A program made the translations under genes and the position numbers. From Clostridia bacterium (GTDB taxonomy: Bacteria; Bacillota; Clostridia; TANB77; CAG-508): DNA of 64,000 bases. The stretch lies in NCBI GenBank assembly GCA_017429505.1, contig JAFROW010000010.1, positions 2,996 to 66,995 on the forward strand, written 5' to 3'. Numbering within the stretch: the stretch's first letter is position 1; each line of letters begins with the position of its first letter. Shown piece by piece: positions 1 to 8,980 of the stretch. The notes beneath the pieces were generated by a model that saw only the letters and a list, made by a program, of their open reading frames with translations, had not been told where the DNA came from and did not search any database.

Positions 1-342
1 TATACTTTTTTGTTTAGCAAGCTCAATTGTGTTTGTGTTTTCTTCTACTTGAACAAACATATACTTAGCTGATGTTCCTTTTTCCATAAAAGCTACAAAT
101 TCGTTGTTTGTATCTTTTGATGCGGTTACAAATGTTGCTCCTGTAGAATCTTCGCTATCTGAAAAAGCATATTTAAACTCAGTAGTTTTCATGTCCTTTA
201 CATAAATTATTTTTTCGCCATTTGCTTTTTCTAATATAATACCATCCGAATTACTTGCTGCTCTTACGGCTATAGGTATTATAGTTATTGCGAAAATTGT
301 AATTAATAATAAACTTGTTAGTTTTAAAACAGATTTTTTCAT
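1..342 (-). CDS. partial CDS (3' end runs off the window start): secreted hypothetical protein with N-terminal signal peptide (MKKSVLKLTSLLLITIFAITIIPIAVRAAS...)
   Basis: Manual minus-strand translation. ATG at 340-342 preceded by an AGGAAAGGG RBS. Hydrophobic signal-like N-terminus. Absent from the ORF track because the window edge truncates it. Confidence 0.4.
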   Translation of the reverse strand, partial: MKKSVLKLTSLLLITIFAITIIPIAVRAASNSDGIILEKANGEKIIYVKDMKTTEFKYAFSDSEDSTGATFVTASKDTNNEFVAFMEKGTSAKYMFVQVEENTNTIELAKQKSI

Positions 343-552
343 ATAAATTACCCTTTCCTTTCTTTTACGGGCATAGCACCCCTAATTATTTATGGCAACA
401 TTATATCAAAATTTTTCCAATTTGTAAATAGTTTTTGTGAATTTTCTTACGGATTGTCCACATTTCATCATTTTTCAAATAGCAAATTACATAAATCAGC
501 TTATTTTTCCATAATCTTTACACAAGCAAAAAAAGAAGGTATCTTCCTTCTT

Positions 553-1299
553 TTACTTATTCTTCGAAACTTGTATATGATAGCAAAATTCCTCTAGTAT
601 AGAAGTTGGTGTAATTTTCGCCAATAATTTAGTACATTTTATAAAAAAGCCCGGAATTATCATAAACTTATTTTTTAACATTTTATCTATAGCGTATTTT
701 GCAACATATTCACTTGAAAGCCCTTTTGCCTTAAATTTAACATTTGCGACATTATTAAAATTTGTATTAACAGGTCCTGGGCACAATAAACTTATTTTAA
801 CATTAGATTTTTTCTTATTTAATTCTTTTTTTATAGCTCTCGTTAAAGCTACAACATAATTCTTTGTTGCATAATATGTTGCCATCAATGGTCCTGGCAT
901 AAATCCTGCAATTGATGCAACATTTAAAATATATCCTTTATCATTTTTTGTCATGTCTTTTAAATATAGCTTGGTTAATATATGAAGTGCCTCAATATTA
1001 GTTTCAATCATTGAAATTTCTTTATTTAAATCTGTTTCCGTAAAATTTCCAAAATCGCCAAATCCTGCATTGTTTATTAGTATATCTATGTCTTTTACAT
1101 CTTCATATAGTTTATAACAATTTTCCTTTTGACTTAAGTCTAGTGATATAACTTGTGTGTTTGTATTAACTTCGTTTTTTATTTTTTCAAGTGCTTCTTT
1201 ATTTCTTGCAACTATTATCAAATCATATCCTAATTTAGATAAATATCTTGCCATATCTCGTCCTATTCCTGAAGAAGCTCCTGTTATCAATGCTCTCAT
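553..1299 (-). CDS. short-chain dehydrogenase/reductase (SDR) family oxidoreductase
   Basis: N-terminal Rossmann motif ITGASSGIGRDMA. NNAG and YxxxK-type motifs (YYATKNY). 248 aa, typical SDR length. Confidence 0.85.
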   Translation of the reverse strand: MRALITGASSGIGRDMARYLSKLGYDLIIVARNKEALEKIKNEVNTNTQVISLDLSQKENCYKLYEDVKDIDILINNAGFGDFGNFTETDLNKEISMIETNIEALHILTKLYLKDMTKNDKGYILNVASIAGFMPGPLMATYYATKNYVVALTRAIKKELNKKKSNVKISLLCPGPVNTNFNNVANVKFKAKGLSSEYVAKYAIDKMLKNKFMIIPGFFIKCTKLLAKITPTSILEEFCYHIQVSKNK

Positions 1300-1447
1300 A
1301 ATCTACCACCCTTTCGTTTTTAGATTATATCATTTTTATCATGCTAATGCAATTATTAAATTATATAAAGTAAAAAATAGATTGTATCATTTTCGACACA
1401 ATCTATTTTCGAGGTAAAAATTATTATAATATTTTTAAATGAACAAG

Positions 1448-1972
1448 CTACTTAAACAATTTTGTAAATATGTTTTTAAGCCAATTTGAACTATTTTCTG
1501 TTTCAACTTCTGGCAACGCAGATTCAGTATAATCTTTTTTTGGTAATGTAACATATACTTTTTGATCTTTATCTAATTTTTGCATTCCTAATTGTTTTTT
1601 TGCATTCTTTTCTAGACTTTTTAAATTTAGACTACTTTCTATGCTAATCTCAGTTTGACCATTTGATTTTTCTATTGCAGATAGTTCCTGTTTTTTATTT
1701 TGTATTTGATTAAACTTTTCTGTGATAAGTGAGTTTCTATAACTTATAGTAAGCAATACTAAAAACATACTAATAATTATCGCTATATTTTGATAATGTA
1801 TCTTTTTTTCTTTTTTTAATTGTTCCATTCTTTGTTTCTCTTTAGCTTTTATTTTTTTACTATTTTTATTGGTTTGTTTTGTTTTCTTCTTATTTGTTTG
1901 TTTTCTTCTTGGATTATATTCTGGTTGTATCTTTCTAGGGCTTGTCCCATATTGATACATACTGCCTGCCAT
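1448..1972 (-). CDS. ftsL: FtsL-like cell-division protein (Lys-rich cytoplasmic tail, single TM, periplasmic coiled coil)
   Basis: Position directly downstream of mraZ-rsmH. Topology of K-rich N-terminus, TM segment (IAIIISMFLVLLTI) and coiled coil, with a C-terminal KKQLGMQK motif like FtsL/DivIC. Confidence 0.6.
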   Translation of the reverse strand: MAGSMYQYGTSPRKIQPEYNPRRKQTNKKKTKQTNKNSKKIKAKEKQRMEQLKKEKKIHYQNIAIIISMFLVLLTISYRNSLITEKFNQIQNKKQELSAIEKSNGQTEISIESSLNLKSLEKNAKKQLGMQKLDKDQKVYVTLPKKDYTESALPEVETENSSNWLKNIFTKLFK

Positions 1973-2054
1973 AAGTTCTCACCTCACTTTCTTTTGCTTA
2001 TTATAAATTGTATACTATTAATATATATATTGTCAAATTAAGTATAAACCTTAA

Positions 2055-2987
2055 TTATACTATTTTTTCAAAAATTCTAAGTTTTGCACTTTTTGATCTT
2101 GTATTTTCTTCTTGTTCTTCTTTGCTTGCTATTATAGGCTTTTTGTTAACAACTTTTCCTAATTCTTTTGCTCCACACACACAATATGGTAAATCTTTTG
2201 GACAAGTGCAAATTCCTTTTGCTTTGTTAAATGCATTTTTTACTGCTCTATCTTCTAATGAATGAAATGTAATTACACATAGTCTTCCTTCAGGCGCTAA
2301 AACATCTATACAATCTGCAATAGTTTTTTCTAATGGTTTTATTTCATTATTTACTTCAATTCTAATTGCTTGAAAAGTTTTCTTTGCTGGGTGTCCCCCA
2401 TTTTGTTTTGATTTTTGTATTGAATTTTCTATTATTTCTACTAATTCTTTTGTAGTTTCAATTTCTTTTTGTTTTCTATAAATACATATATTTTTAGCTA
2501 TACTTCTTGAAAATTTTTCTTCCCCATATTCATATATAATATTTGCTAAATCTTCCTCTTTATATGTATTAACAATAGTTTTAGCAGTAAGAGTTTGATT
2601 TTTATCCATTCTCATATCTAACTCATTTTCTCCTAAATAGCTAAAACCTCTATTCCTTTCATCTAATTGATATGATGAAACTCCTAAATCTAAAAGAATT
2701 CCATCAACTTTTTCTATTCCTATATCTTCTAAAATTTCTTTAATATCATCATGATTTCCATGTATATATTTAACATTTTTAAATTCTGACAAATTATGTT
2801 TTGCAGCTTTTAGAGCTTCTTCATCTCTGTCTATTCCTATTAAAATTCCTTTATCTGACAAATTTCGCAAAATCTCCTTGCTATGCCCTGCTCCTCCGAG
2901 TGTTCCATCTACATAGATTCCATCTTTTTTTATATTTAACCCTTCTATACTTTCATTTAATAGTACTGGTTTATGTTTAAATTCCAA
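2055..2987 (-). CDS. rsmH: 16S rRNA (cytosine1402-N4)-methyltransferase RsmH/MraW (TTG start)
   Basis: HKPVLLNE...DGTLGGAGHS SAM-binding motif at the N-terminus. C-terminal SAKLRI tail. GAGGTGG RBS upstream of the TTG start. Confidence 0.95.
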   Translation of the reverse strand: MEFKHKPVLLNESIEGLNIKKDGIYVDGTLGGAGHSKEILRNLSDKGILIGIDRDEEALKAAKHNLSEFKNVKYIHGNHDDIKEILEDIGIEKVDGILLDLGVSSYQLDERNRGFSYLGENELDMRMDKNQTLTAKTIVNTYKEEDLANIIYEYGEEKFSRSIAKNICIYRKQKEIETTKELVEIIENSIQKSKQNGGHPAKKTFQAIRIEVNNEIKPLEKTIADCIDVLAPEGRLCVITFHSLEDRAVKNAFNKAKGICTCPKDLPYCVCGAKELGKVVNKKPIIASKEEQEENTRSKSAKLRIFEKIV

Positions 2988-3491
2988 TTATTCCACCTCG
3001 TTTTTGTATAGTATATTAGATTTTTCTAATATATAGTTCAAGCAACTGATAATTATTGTAATACCAGCTGCTTGATATGTAAGTAATTATTCTTTGGTAT
3101 AAATTGGATACAAATTGTCTTTAGTAAGTTCTCTTTGGATTTAAAGCTTTATTCATTTTTCCTATGAATATTTTCTTACGTTTTTTTACTTCTTATGTGT
3201 ACTTTTGCATACTTGCTTTCTTAAGTATATTTTGTTTATCAACCTTCTTATGTATGTTTTGTTTCCTTATAATAACTTTACATTGGTATATTTTGTTTCT
3301 TATATCTTTTTCTTAAGTTTTTTTAGTTTTCTATATTTCTTTCGTATTCTATGTTCCCCTTTATTTTCTTTTGTTATTTCGTTATTTTCTTTAGAAATTT
3401 ATATAAACCTTTTTTGAAGGATTATATACATAGGTTTGACGATTTTCTGTTAATTTTTTATACCTTAAATTGCTATTCTTTTATACTATTT

Positions 3492-3917
3492 CTATATACC
3501 TAACATAGTCATGTTTTCTGCAATTTCATCTGCAGAAATTTCTTCATCTTTTGAAGTCCAAACATCTTTGTTCCATATTTCAAGTCTTGTTCCAACTCCA
3601 ATTATTACTGCTTCTTTTTCTAAATTTGCTGCTATTCTTAAGTTGCTTGGTATTAAAAATCTACCTTGTTTATCAATTTCGCATTCTGTTGCTCCTGCTA
3701 AGAAAAATCTTACAAAATTTCTTGCATTCTTATCTGATAATGGTAGTGATTTTAATTTTGTTTCGAAATTCTTCCACTCTTCTTGTGAAAATGCAAATAA
3801 ACATCCATCTAATCCCTTTGTTACTATAAATGCCTCCCCCATATCTCTACGAAGTTTTGATGGCATTGAAAGCCTTCCTTTTGCGTCTATTGTATGTTCA
3901 TATTCACCTATTAGCAT
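3492..3917 (-). CDS. mraZ: transcriptional regulator MraZ
   Basis: [23 protein letters not shown] with the duplicated DxxxR MraZ fold. 141 aa. First gene of the dcw cluster. Confidence 0.95.
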   Translation of the reverse strand: MLIGEYEHTIDAKGRLSMPSKLRRDMGEAFIVTKGLDGCLFAFSQEEWKNFETKLKSLPLSDKNARNFVRFFLAGATECEIDKQGRFLIPSNLRIAANLEKEAVIIGVGTRLEIWNKDVWTSKDEEISADEIAENMTMLGI

Positions 3918-3925
3918 CTGAATTT

Positions 3926-3967
3926 CACCTCACTTTTTTATACCACTTTAAACCACTTTTTACCACT
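3926..3967 (-). promoter_or_regulatory. MraZ operator: three perfect GTGGT direct repeats at exactly 10-bp spacing plus a degenerate fourth (GTGAGGTG)
   Basis: Minus strand reads GTGGTaaaaaGTGGTttaaaGTGGTataaaaaGTGAGGTG. It lies between the predicted TSS and the mraZ RBS. MraZ proteins are known to bind GTGG(G/T) repeats with this periodicity. Confidence 0.6.
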
Positions 3968-3975
3968 TCGATTAA

Positions 3976-4004
3976 ATTTTATAACACTTTTTTATATTTT
4001 GCAA
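3976..4004 (-). promoter_or_regulatory. sigma-A type promoter for mraZ (TTGCAA -17- TAAAAT)
   Basis: -35 TTGCAA at 3999-4004 and -10 TAAAAT at 3976-3981 on the minus strand, 17-nt spacer. Confidence 0.5.
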
Positions 4005-4030
4005 TAGTTTTGTTAAAATTTTTTAATTTT

Positions 4031-4078
4031 TTTTAAAAAATTAAGACCAACATATTTTTATTAATATGCTAGTCTTTT
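4031..4078 (-). terminator. rho-independent terminator downstream of the 4099..5037 gene
   Basis: Imperfect hairpin (aagac-caacatat / atatgc-tagtctt) followed by TTTTTT on the minus strand. Confidence 0.5.
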
Positions 4079-4098
4079 TTACTATTTAATTTTTCAAC

Positions 4099-5037
4099 CT
4101 ACCCCAAAACTTTTACTTCAGGCACATAAGCTTTATATTTTTTAGTCTCAGGATCTAATTTAAATTCTGTTAAAGATTTATCTAAAGAAGTATTTATTTG
4201 CTTTAAATCTGTTGTATAATATAGATTTATATTTTTAAATTCAATATTGTTTACTACTATCTCTTTAAAAGTTTCTGCCATATGTTTGTCATCTTCACAA
4301 ACTAAAATAAGCTGTGGTAATCCTTCAAACCCTGAATCCATTGGTACAAAATTGTCATAGAAATCTTTATAAAATTTCATTTTCTCTATTAATTTTGTTT
4401 GCCAATTTTCTTCTCTTCTTATAACTTCAAATAGAAATTCTATAGATTTATTTGATTTTGTAAGTTTAACAGCTCCTCCACTTGCTTTAAAAACTTTTCC
4501 CATTACTTTTGCTTTTAAAGTAGGTTTAACTGTATATGAATCAAATACTTTTACCTTTTGTAGGTATGCAATAAGTACTTGATTTCCTGCCAATCTTTTC
4601 TTAATCATAGCTACTGGTTTTGTGTTATCTGATTGTTGCCATTTACATTCTATTTCTCTAGTTCCAAGAAGATATTTTCCCATCTTTTCTAAACAATAAA
4701 TTCTATAAATTCCTTTTCCTTCATCAGAATTAAAGAAATATCTTGTTAAAATTTTTGATTTTACAAGTGACTCTAATTTGTTATTTAGTTTATCTTGTGA
4801 GCCTACTTCATATCCTTTAACCTCAAGCATTTGCATTAATTGACGTGATGTAATAAATTCAAATTCATTTACCAATTCTAAAATTGCAAAATGAATATCT
4901 GTAATGTGTCCTATATTAATTTTGTGTACTATTTGGTTCATAGATACATATCCATCTTGACCATCAAATGTTTTTATTTCACCTTTTCTAATTGCAAAAG
5001 GTGATACTTCTGCTTTAATTTGGCTATCTTCTACCAT
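4099..5037 (-). CDS. hypothetical protein with a predicted N-terminal winged-helix. Possibly replication-relaxation-like; function unknown
   Basis: 312-aa ORF with no TM segment. ITDIHFAILELVNEFEFITSRQLMQML resembles a wHTH. No recognisable catalytic motifs. Confidence 0.3.
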   Translation of the reverse strand: MVEDSQIKAEVSPFAIRKGEIKTFDGQDGYVSMNQIVHKINIGHITDIHFAILELVNEFEFITSRQLMQMLEVKGYEVGSQDKLNNKLESLVKSKILTRYFFNSDEGKGIYRIYCLEKMGKYLLGTREIECKWQQSDNTKPVAMIKKRLAGNQVLIAYLQKVKVFDSYTVKPTLKAKVMGKVFKASGGAVKLTKSNKSIEFLFEVIRREENWQTKLIEKMKFYKDFYDNFVPMDSGFEGLPQLILVCEDDKHMAETFKEIVVNNIEFKNINLYYTTDLKQINTSLDKSLTEFKLDPETKKYKAYVPEVKVLG

Positions 5038-5358
5038 ATTTTCCTCCTTCTGTGCATTTTAGACCTTTTTTTCCATATATAAAATAGACCGGTTCCTTAT
5101 CAGCACATTTTATTGAATTTTGTAAAATTTTAAATTGATTTAGTATATATTCCTTTTCAACACACCTATATTATATATCATATTTTTAAGTTTTTCAATA
5201 CATCATGTATATTTTTTCTTTTTTTGAAAATATTAAATAAAGAATTTATGGTTATAATTAATATATAACTTTTGAAATTAATGCGCCGGAACGAAGTGAC
5301 ATAAGACATTAATTGAAAAAATTATATATTAATTAAGAATAAGAAAGGACGAATTTAT

Positions 5359-5823
5359 ATGGAAAATCCATTAAACACACAAAAAGAATATCAAGAATAT
5401 GTAAATAAGAAATCACCTAATTCCCCTACTTTAAAAAATTGTTTTAATGCTTTTTGGGTTGGAGGGCTAATTTGTTCACTCGGACAAATTATTATGGATT
5501 TTTGCCTTTACAAAGGAATTGATAAAGAAATTTCTGGTACAATAGTTTCTATTATTTTAATAGGAATAAGTGCATTTTTAACAGGATTAAATATTTTTAA
5601 TAAAATTGGAAAATTCGCAGGTGCAGGCTCTTTAGTTCCAATTACAGGTTTTGCAAATTCAATTGTTGCACCTTCTATGGAATACAAATCTGAAGGATAT
5701 GTTATGGGAGTAGGTAGTAAAATGTTTACAGTTGCGGGCCCTGTATTAGTTTATGGAATTTCTGCTGCTATTATTGTAGGAATCAGTTATTTACTTTTTA
5801 ATAGTCCTGCAACTTTAGTTTAA
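5359..5823 (+). CDS. spoVAC: stage V sporulation protein AC
   Basis: 154-aa multi-pass membrane protein. N-terminus and the GFANSIVAP...GPVLVYG core are characteristic of SpoVAC. First gene of the C-D-E tricistron. Confidence 0.9.
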   Translation: MENPLNTQKEYQEYVNKKSPNSPTLKNCFNAFWVGGLICSLGQIIMDFCLYKGIDKEISGTIVSIILIGISAFLTGLNIFNKIGKFAGAGSLVPITGFANSIVAPSMEYKSEGYVMGVGSKMFTVAGPVLVYGISAAIIVGISYLLFNSPATLV

Positions 5824-5837
5824 AGGAGGAATTTTAA

Positions 5838-6839
5838 ATGCAAAAATTAGGAAAACAAACAATTAAATTCGACCATCCACCAACAATTGTAGATTGTGCT
5901 ACTATTGTAGGACCTAAAGAATCTGATGGTCCTCTTGCAAAATATTTTGATAAATGCTTAGAAGATGAAATGTGGGGAGAAAAAACTTGGGAAAAGGCCG
6001 AAAGTAAAATCGTTAAAGAAACTGCAAATATGGTTATTTCAAAATCAGGTGTTCCTGTCGATAAAATAGAATATTGCTTTGCAGGTGATTTGCTTAATCA
6101 GTGTATATCTTCAAGTTTTGGATTAAGAGATCTAAACATTCCATTTTTTGGAATATTTGGTGCATGTTCAACTTTTGTTGAAGGTTTATCTTTAGCTTCT
6201 ATTTTAGTTGAAAATGGTATAAATTATGTTTTAACATCTGCTTCTAGCCATTTCTGTAGTTCTGAAAAACAATTTAGATTTCCTCTTGAGCTTGGAAATC
6301 AGAGGCCTCCTACTTCACAATGGACTGTTACAGGTTGTGGTGCCACAATTATTGCAAAAGATGGACAAGGACCATTTATTACAAGCATAACTTCTGGAAA
6401 AATTATTGATATGGGAATAAAAGATGCAAATAATATGGGAGCTGCTATGGCACCAGCTGCACACTCTACTTTAGTAACACATTTTAAGGATACAGGAAGA
6501 AGTCCAAATTATTATGATGCAATTCTTACAGGAGATTTAGGACATATTGGAAAAGAAATTTTAATAGATTTGTGCAAAAATTCAGGATATAACATTAATT
6601 CTGTATATAATGATTGTGGTGTTTTGATTTTTGATAAAGAAAAACAAGATACTCATTCAGGTGGTAGTGGTTGTGGTTGTTGTGCAAGTGTGTTTTCAGG
6701 ATATTTATTTAAACAATTAAAAGAGAAAAAATTAAAACGTATTTTGTTAATTGCAACAGGAGCTCTTATGAACTCTATGAGTTCACAGCAAGGTGAGTCT
6801 ATTCCGGGTATCGCTCACGCGATTAGCTTTGAAATTTAA
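5838..6839 (+). CDS. spoVAD: stage V sporulation protein AD (thiolase/KAS-like fold)
   Basis: 333 aa with the IVDCATIVGPKESDGPL start and the GACSTF and GGSGCGCC motifs typical of SpoVAD. Confidence 0.9.
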   Translation: MQKLGKQTIKFDHPPTIVDCATIVGPKESDGPLAKYFDKCLEDEMWGEKTWEKAESKIVKETANMVISKSGVPVDKIEYCFAGDLLNQCISSSFGLRDLNIPFFGIFGACSTFVEGLSLASILVENGINYVLTSASSHFCSSEKQFRFPLELGNQRPPTSQWTVTGCGATIIAKDGQGPFITSITSGKIIDMGIKDANNMGAAMAPAAHSTLVTHFKDTGRSPNYYDAILTGDLGHIGKEILIDLCKNSGYNINSVYNDCGVLIFDKEKQDTHSGGSGCGCCASVFSGYLFKQLKEKKLKRILLIATGALMNSMSSQQGESIPGIAHAISFEI

Positions 6840-6871
6840 TAATTATATTAATACAGAAAGGATTTTGTAAA

Positions 6872-7258
6872 ATGGATTTTATAAATAGTATTGATTGGAT
6901 GCAATTACTTAGATGTTTTGCAGTTGGCGGTACGCTTTGCATAATTGGACAAATTTTAATAGATAAAACAAAACTAACTCCTGCTAGAATTTTGGTTGCT
7001 TATGTTACAACTGGTGTTATTTTAGGAGGACTTGGAATTTATAAATATCTAGTAGACTTTGCAGGTTCAGGAGCTACTGTGCCTCTTACAGGCTTTGGAT
7101 ACAACTTAGCTAAAGGAACAATTGAAGCTGTAAAACAAAATGGTTTGATTGGAGCTTTTACAGGTGGACTTAAAGCAAGCGCAGGCGGAATTGCAGCAGC
7201 AGTTTTTTTCGGATATATTGCTTCTTTAATTTCTAAACCTAAAATGAAAAAGCAGTAA
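6872..7258 (+). CDS. spoVAE: stage V sporulation protein AE (SpoVAEb)
   Basis: 128-aa membrane protein paralogous to SpoVAC (GGTLCIIGQILID...VPLTGFGYNLAKG). Third gene of the operon. Confidence 0.85.
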   Translation: MDFINSIDWMQLLRCFAVGGTLCIIGQILIDKTKLTPARILVAYVTTGVILGGLGIYKYLVDFAGSGATVPLTGFGYNLAKGTIEAVKQNGLIGAFTGGLKASAGGIAAAVFFGYIASLISKPKMKKQ

Positions 7259-7330
7259 ATTGGCAAAATAATTTGTGATTTAAAAAATTTTTATTAAATA
7301 TATTTAAAGAAAATAAAATTTTAAAAAGCT

Positions 7331-7366
7331 ATAGAGCGCAGACTTTATATCTACGCTCTTTTTTTG
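7331..7366. terminator. terminator between the convergent spoVA operon and rubrerythrin
   Basis: agagcg / cgctct stem followed by TTTTTTT on the plus strand. Confidence 0.45.
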
Positions 7367-7430
7367 TCCCATTTTTTCTACTTAAAATCTAAAAAATCCT
7401 CTTTGATTTAGTTAATCTACTTACTAGTTA

Positions 7431-7970
7431 TTAATAGTTTTCAGCTTTTATTTCAAAATAACTTTGTGGATGGCTACATACAGGGCAAACTGCTGGAGCT
7501 TCTTTTCCAACTACAATATGTCCACAATTTCTACATTTCCAAATCTTGTCTCCATCTTTACTGAATACTAGTCCATCTTGTAAATTTTCTATTAATTTTT
7601 TGTATCTAGCCTCATGCTCTTTTTCAATTTGTCCAACTGCTTCAAATAAATATGCAATTCTGTCAAATCCTTCTTCTCTTGCAGTTTTTGCAAATCCATC
7701 ATACATATCTGTCCATTCAAAATTTTCTCCTGCTGCAGCTGCATTTAAGTTTTCTAGTGTTGATGGTATTTCTCCTCCATTTAATAACTTAAACCAAATT
7801 TTAGCATGCTCTTTTTCGTTAAGAGCTGTTTCTTCAAATATTGCTGCAATTTGTTCATATCCTTCTTTTCTTGCTTTACTTGCAAAGTATGTGTATTTAT
7901 TTCTTGCTTCTGACTCTCCTGAAAATGCTGCCATTAAATTTTTTTCTGTTTGACTTCCTTTTAATTCCAT
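7431..7970 (-). CDS. rbr: rubrerythrin
   Basis: Ferritin-like diiron ExxH motifs (EARNKY, EKEH x2) plus a C-terminal rubredoxin-like CxxC...CxxC (CRNCGH...CPVCSHP). 179 aa. Confidence 0.9.
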   Translation of the reverse strand: MELKGSQTEKNLMAAFSGESEARNKYTYFASKARKEGYEQIAAIFEETALNEKEHAKIWFKLLNGGEIPSTLENLNAAAAGENFEWTDMYDGFAKTAREEGFDRIAYLFEAVGQIEKEHEARYKKLIENLQDGLVFSKDGDKIWKCRNCGHIVVGKEAPAVCPVCSHPQSYFEIKAENY

Positions 7971-8098
7971 AATTTTTCAACCTCCATATTTATTTTTAAT
8001 GATTATACCATTTTTATTCATATATTTCAAGTAAAATTTTTCACAAAAATATTATGTTTTTTTCTTACATAATTAATTAAATTTTTGCATAAAATTTT

Positions 8099-8127
8099 TT
8101 GACAAATGCAACATCATAGTGTATAAT
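8099..8127 (+). promoter_or_regulatory. strong sigma-A promoter (TTGACA -17- TATAAT) driving the candidate sRNA
   Basis: Consensus -35 and -10 hexamers with a 17-nt spacer on the plus strand. Confidence 0.6.
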
Positions 8128-8134
8128 TAATTAT

Positions 8135-8230
8135 AACAAAGAACACAATAAAGTGAACGAGGTAACACCGACAAACGAAATTGGTGTGTTGGAATTGTTT
8201 AACCAATTCCCTTCGTTCACTATTTTTATT
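8135..8230 (+). ncRNA. candidate ~95-nt structured small RNA (promoter + nested hairpins + intrinsic terminator, no ORF)
   Basis: Closing stem gtgaacgagg / ccttcgttcac. Inner hairpins cacc..ggtg and ggaattg-tttaac-caattcc. U-run tatttttatt follows. No plus-strand gene downstream. Confidence 0.4.
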
Positions 8231-8303
8231 ATTTATACAATTTTATTCTCGTTCCATAAACCTTATTGACATTTACACATTTTTCTATTATCTACAATCA
8301 TTA

Positions 8304-8606
8304 TTACGTTTTCTTCTTCTTTAATGGAACAACCTTTAAAGTATATCCCATTGGATATAGGAGTCTCATTAATGTTGTATACTGCGGAGTTCTAGCAAAA
8401 TTTTCTATTTTAGCAATAGATGATTGAATTATTCCCGTTTTTTCGCTTAACTGCTGTTGAGTTAAATTTGCATTTTTTCTTGCTTCAATTGTAGCTAATA
8501 TAATTTGTTTTTCAAGTTCTATTTCTTCAATATCTTCTGGTGTAAAATCTGCTTCAATTTCCTTCTTTACATCTTTCCATTTTTTAAAATTATACATTCT
8601 ACTCAC
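8304..8606 (-). CDS. HigA-like antitoxin (XRE-family HTH protein)
   Basis: HTH_XRE core LTQQQLSEKTGIIQSSIAKIE. It lies downstream of the toxin gene (inverted HigBA order) with an 8-nt overlap. Confidence 0.7.
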   Translation of the reverse strand: MSRMYNFKKWKDVKKEIEADFTPEDIEEIELEKQIILATIEARKNANLTQQQLSEKTGIIQSSIAKIENFARTPQYTTLMRLLYPMGYTLKVVPLKKKKT

Positions 8607-8952
8607 TCCTCTTTTTATAATCTTCCAAGTATCTCATTGCTTTTTCAATTTCCTTTTTAGGTGTTTTTTGAGTTTGTTTCATAAATACACTTAATAGTAC
8701 AAATCTATTATTACACCAACTTGCAAATAATATTCTGTCTCTTAATGGTCTTAACTCCCATATTTCTTTATCTAGCTTTTTTATATATGGTTCTTTAAGT
8801 TTTAATCCTTCTTGTGCTAATAGATCTATATACATATCTATTTTTTTAAGTTTTTGTTTATTCTTTTTGTTTAAATTTTGCCTTAATTGTTGTATATATT
8901 CATATACCTCACTGTTTCCATGTATATCTTCATAAAAATCTATATCGTACAT
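8599..8952 (-). CDS. HigB/RelE-superfamily toxin (phage Gp49-like). The true start is M11 of the tracked ORF
   Basis: Core IWELRPLRDRILFASWCNNRFVLLSVFMKQTQKTPKKEIEKA matches the Gp49/HigB family. An AAGGAG RBS sits 7 nt upstream of the ATG at 8950-8952. Confidence 0.7.
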   Translation of the reverse strand: MYDIDFYEDIHGNSEVYEYIQQLRQNLNKKNKQKLKKIDMYIDLLAQEGLKLKEPYIKKLDKEIWELRPLRDRILFASWCNNRFVLLSVFMKQTQKTPKKEIEKAMRYLEDYKKRSE

Positions 8953-8980
8953 TAAGTGCTCCTTTACTTGCTGTATTTTC

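Noticed and set aside
3205-3417. 70-aa plus-strand ORF in the mraZ-rsmH spacer
   Set aside because: Extremely hydrophobic low-complexity translation (FLSFFSFLYFF), no RBS. Considered spurious, although the spacer itself is flagged as unusual.
3511-3921. 136-aa and 92-aa plus-strand ORFs overlapping mraZ
   Set aside because: Antisense shadow ORFs of the confidently identified mraZ.
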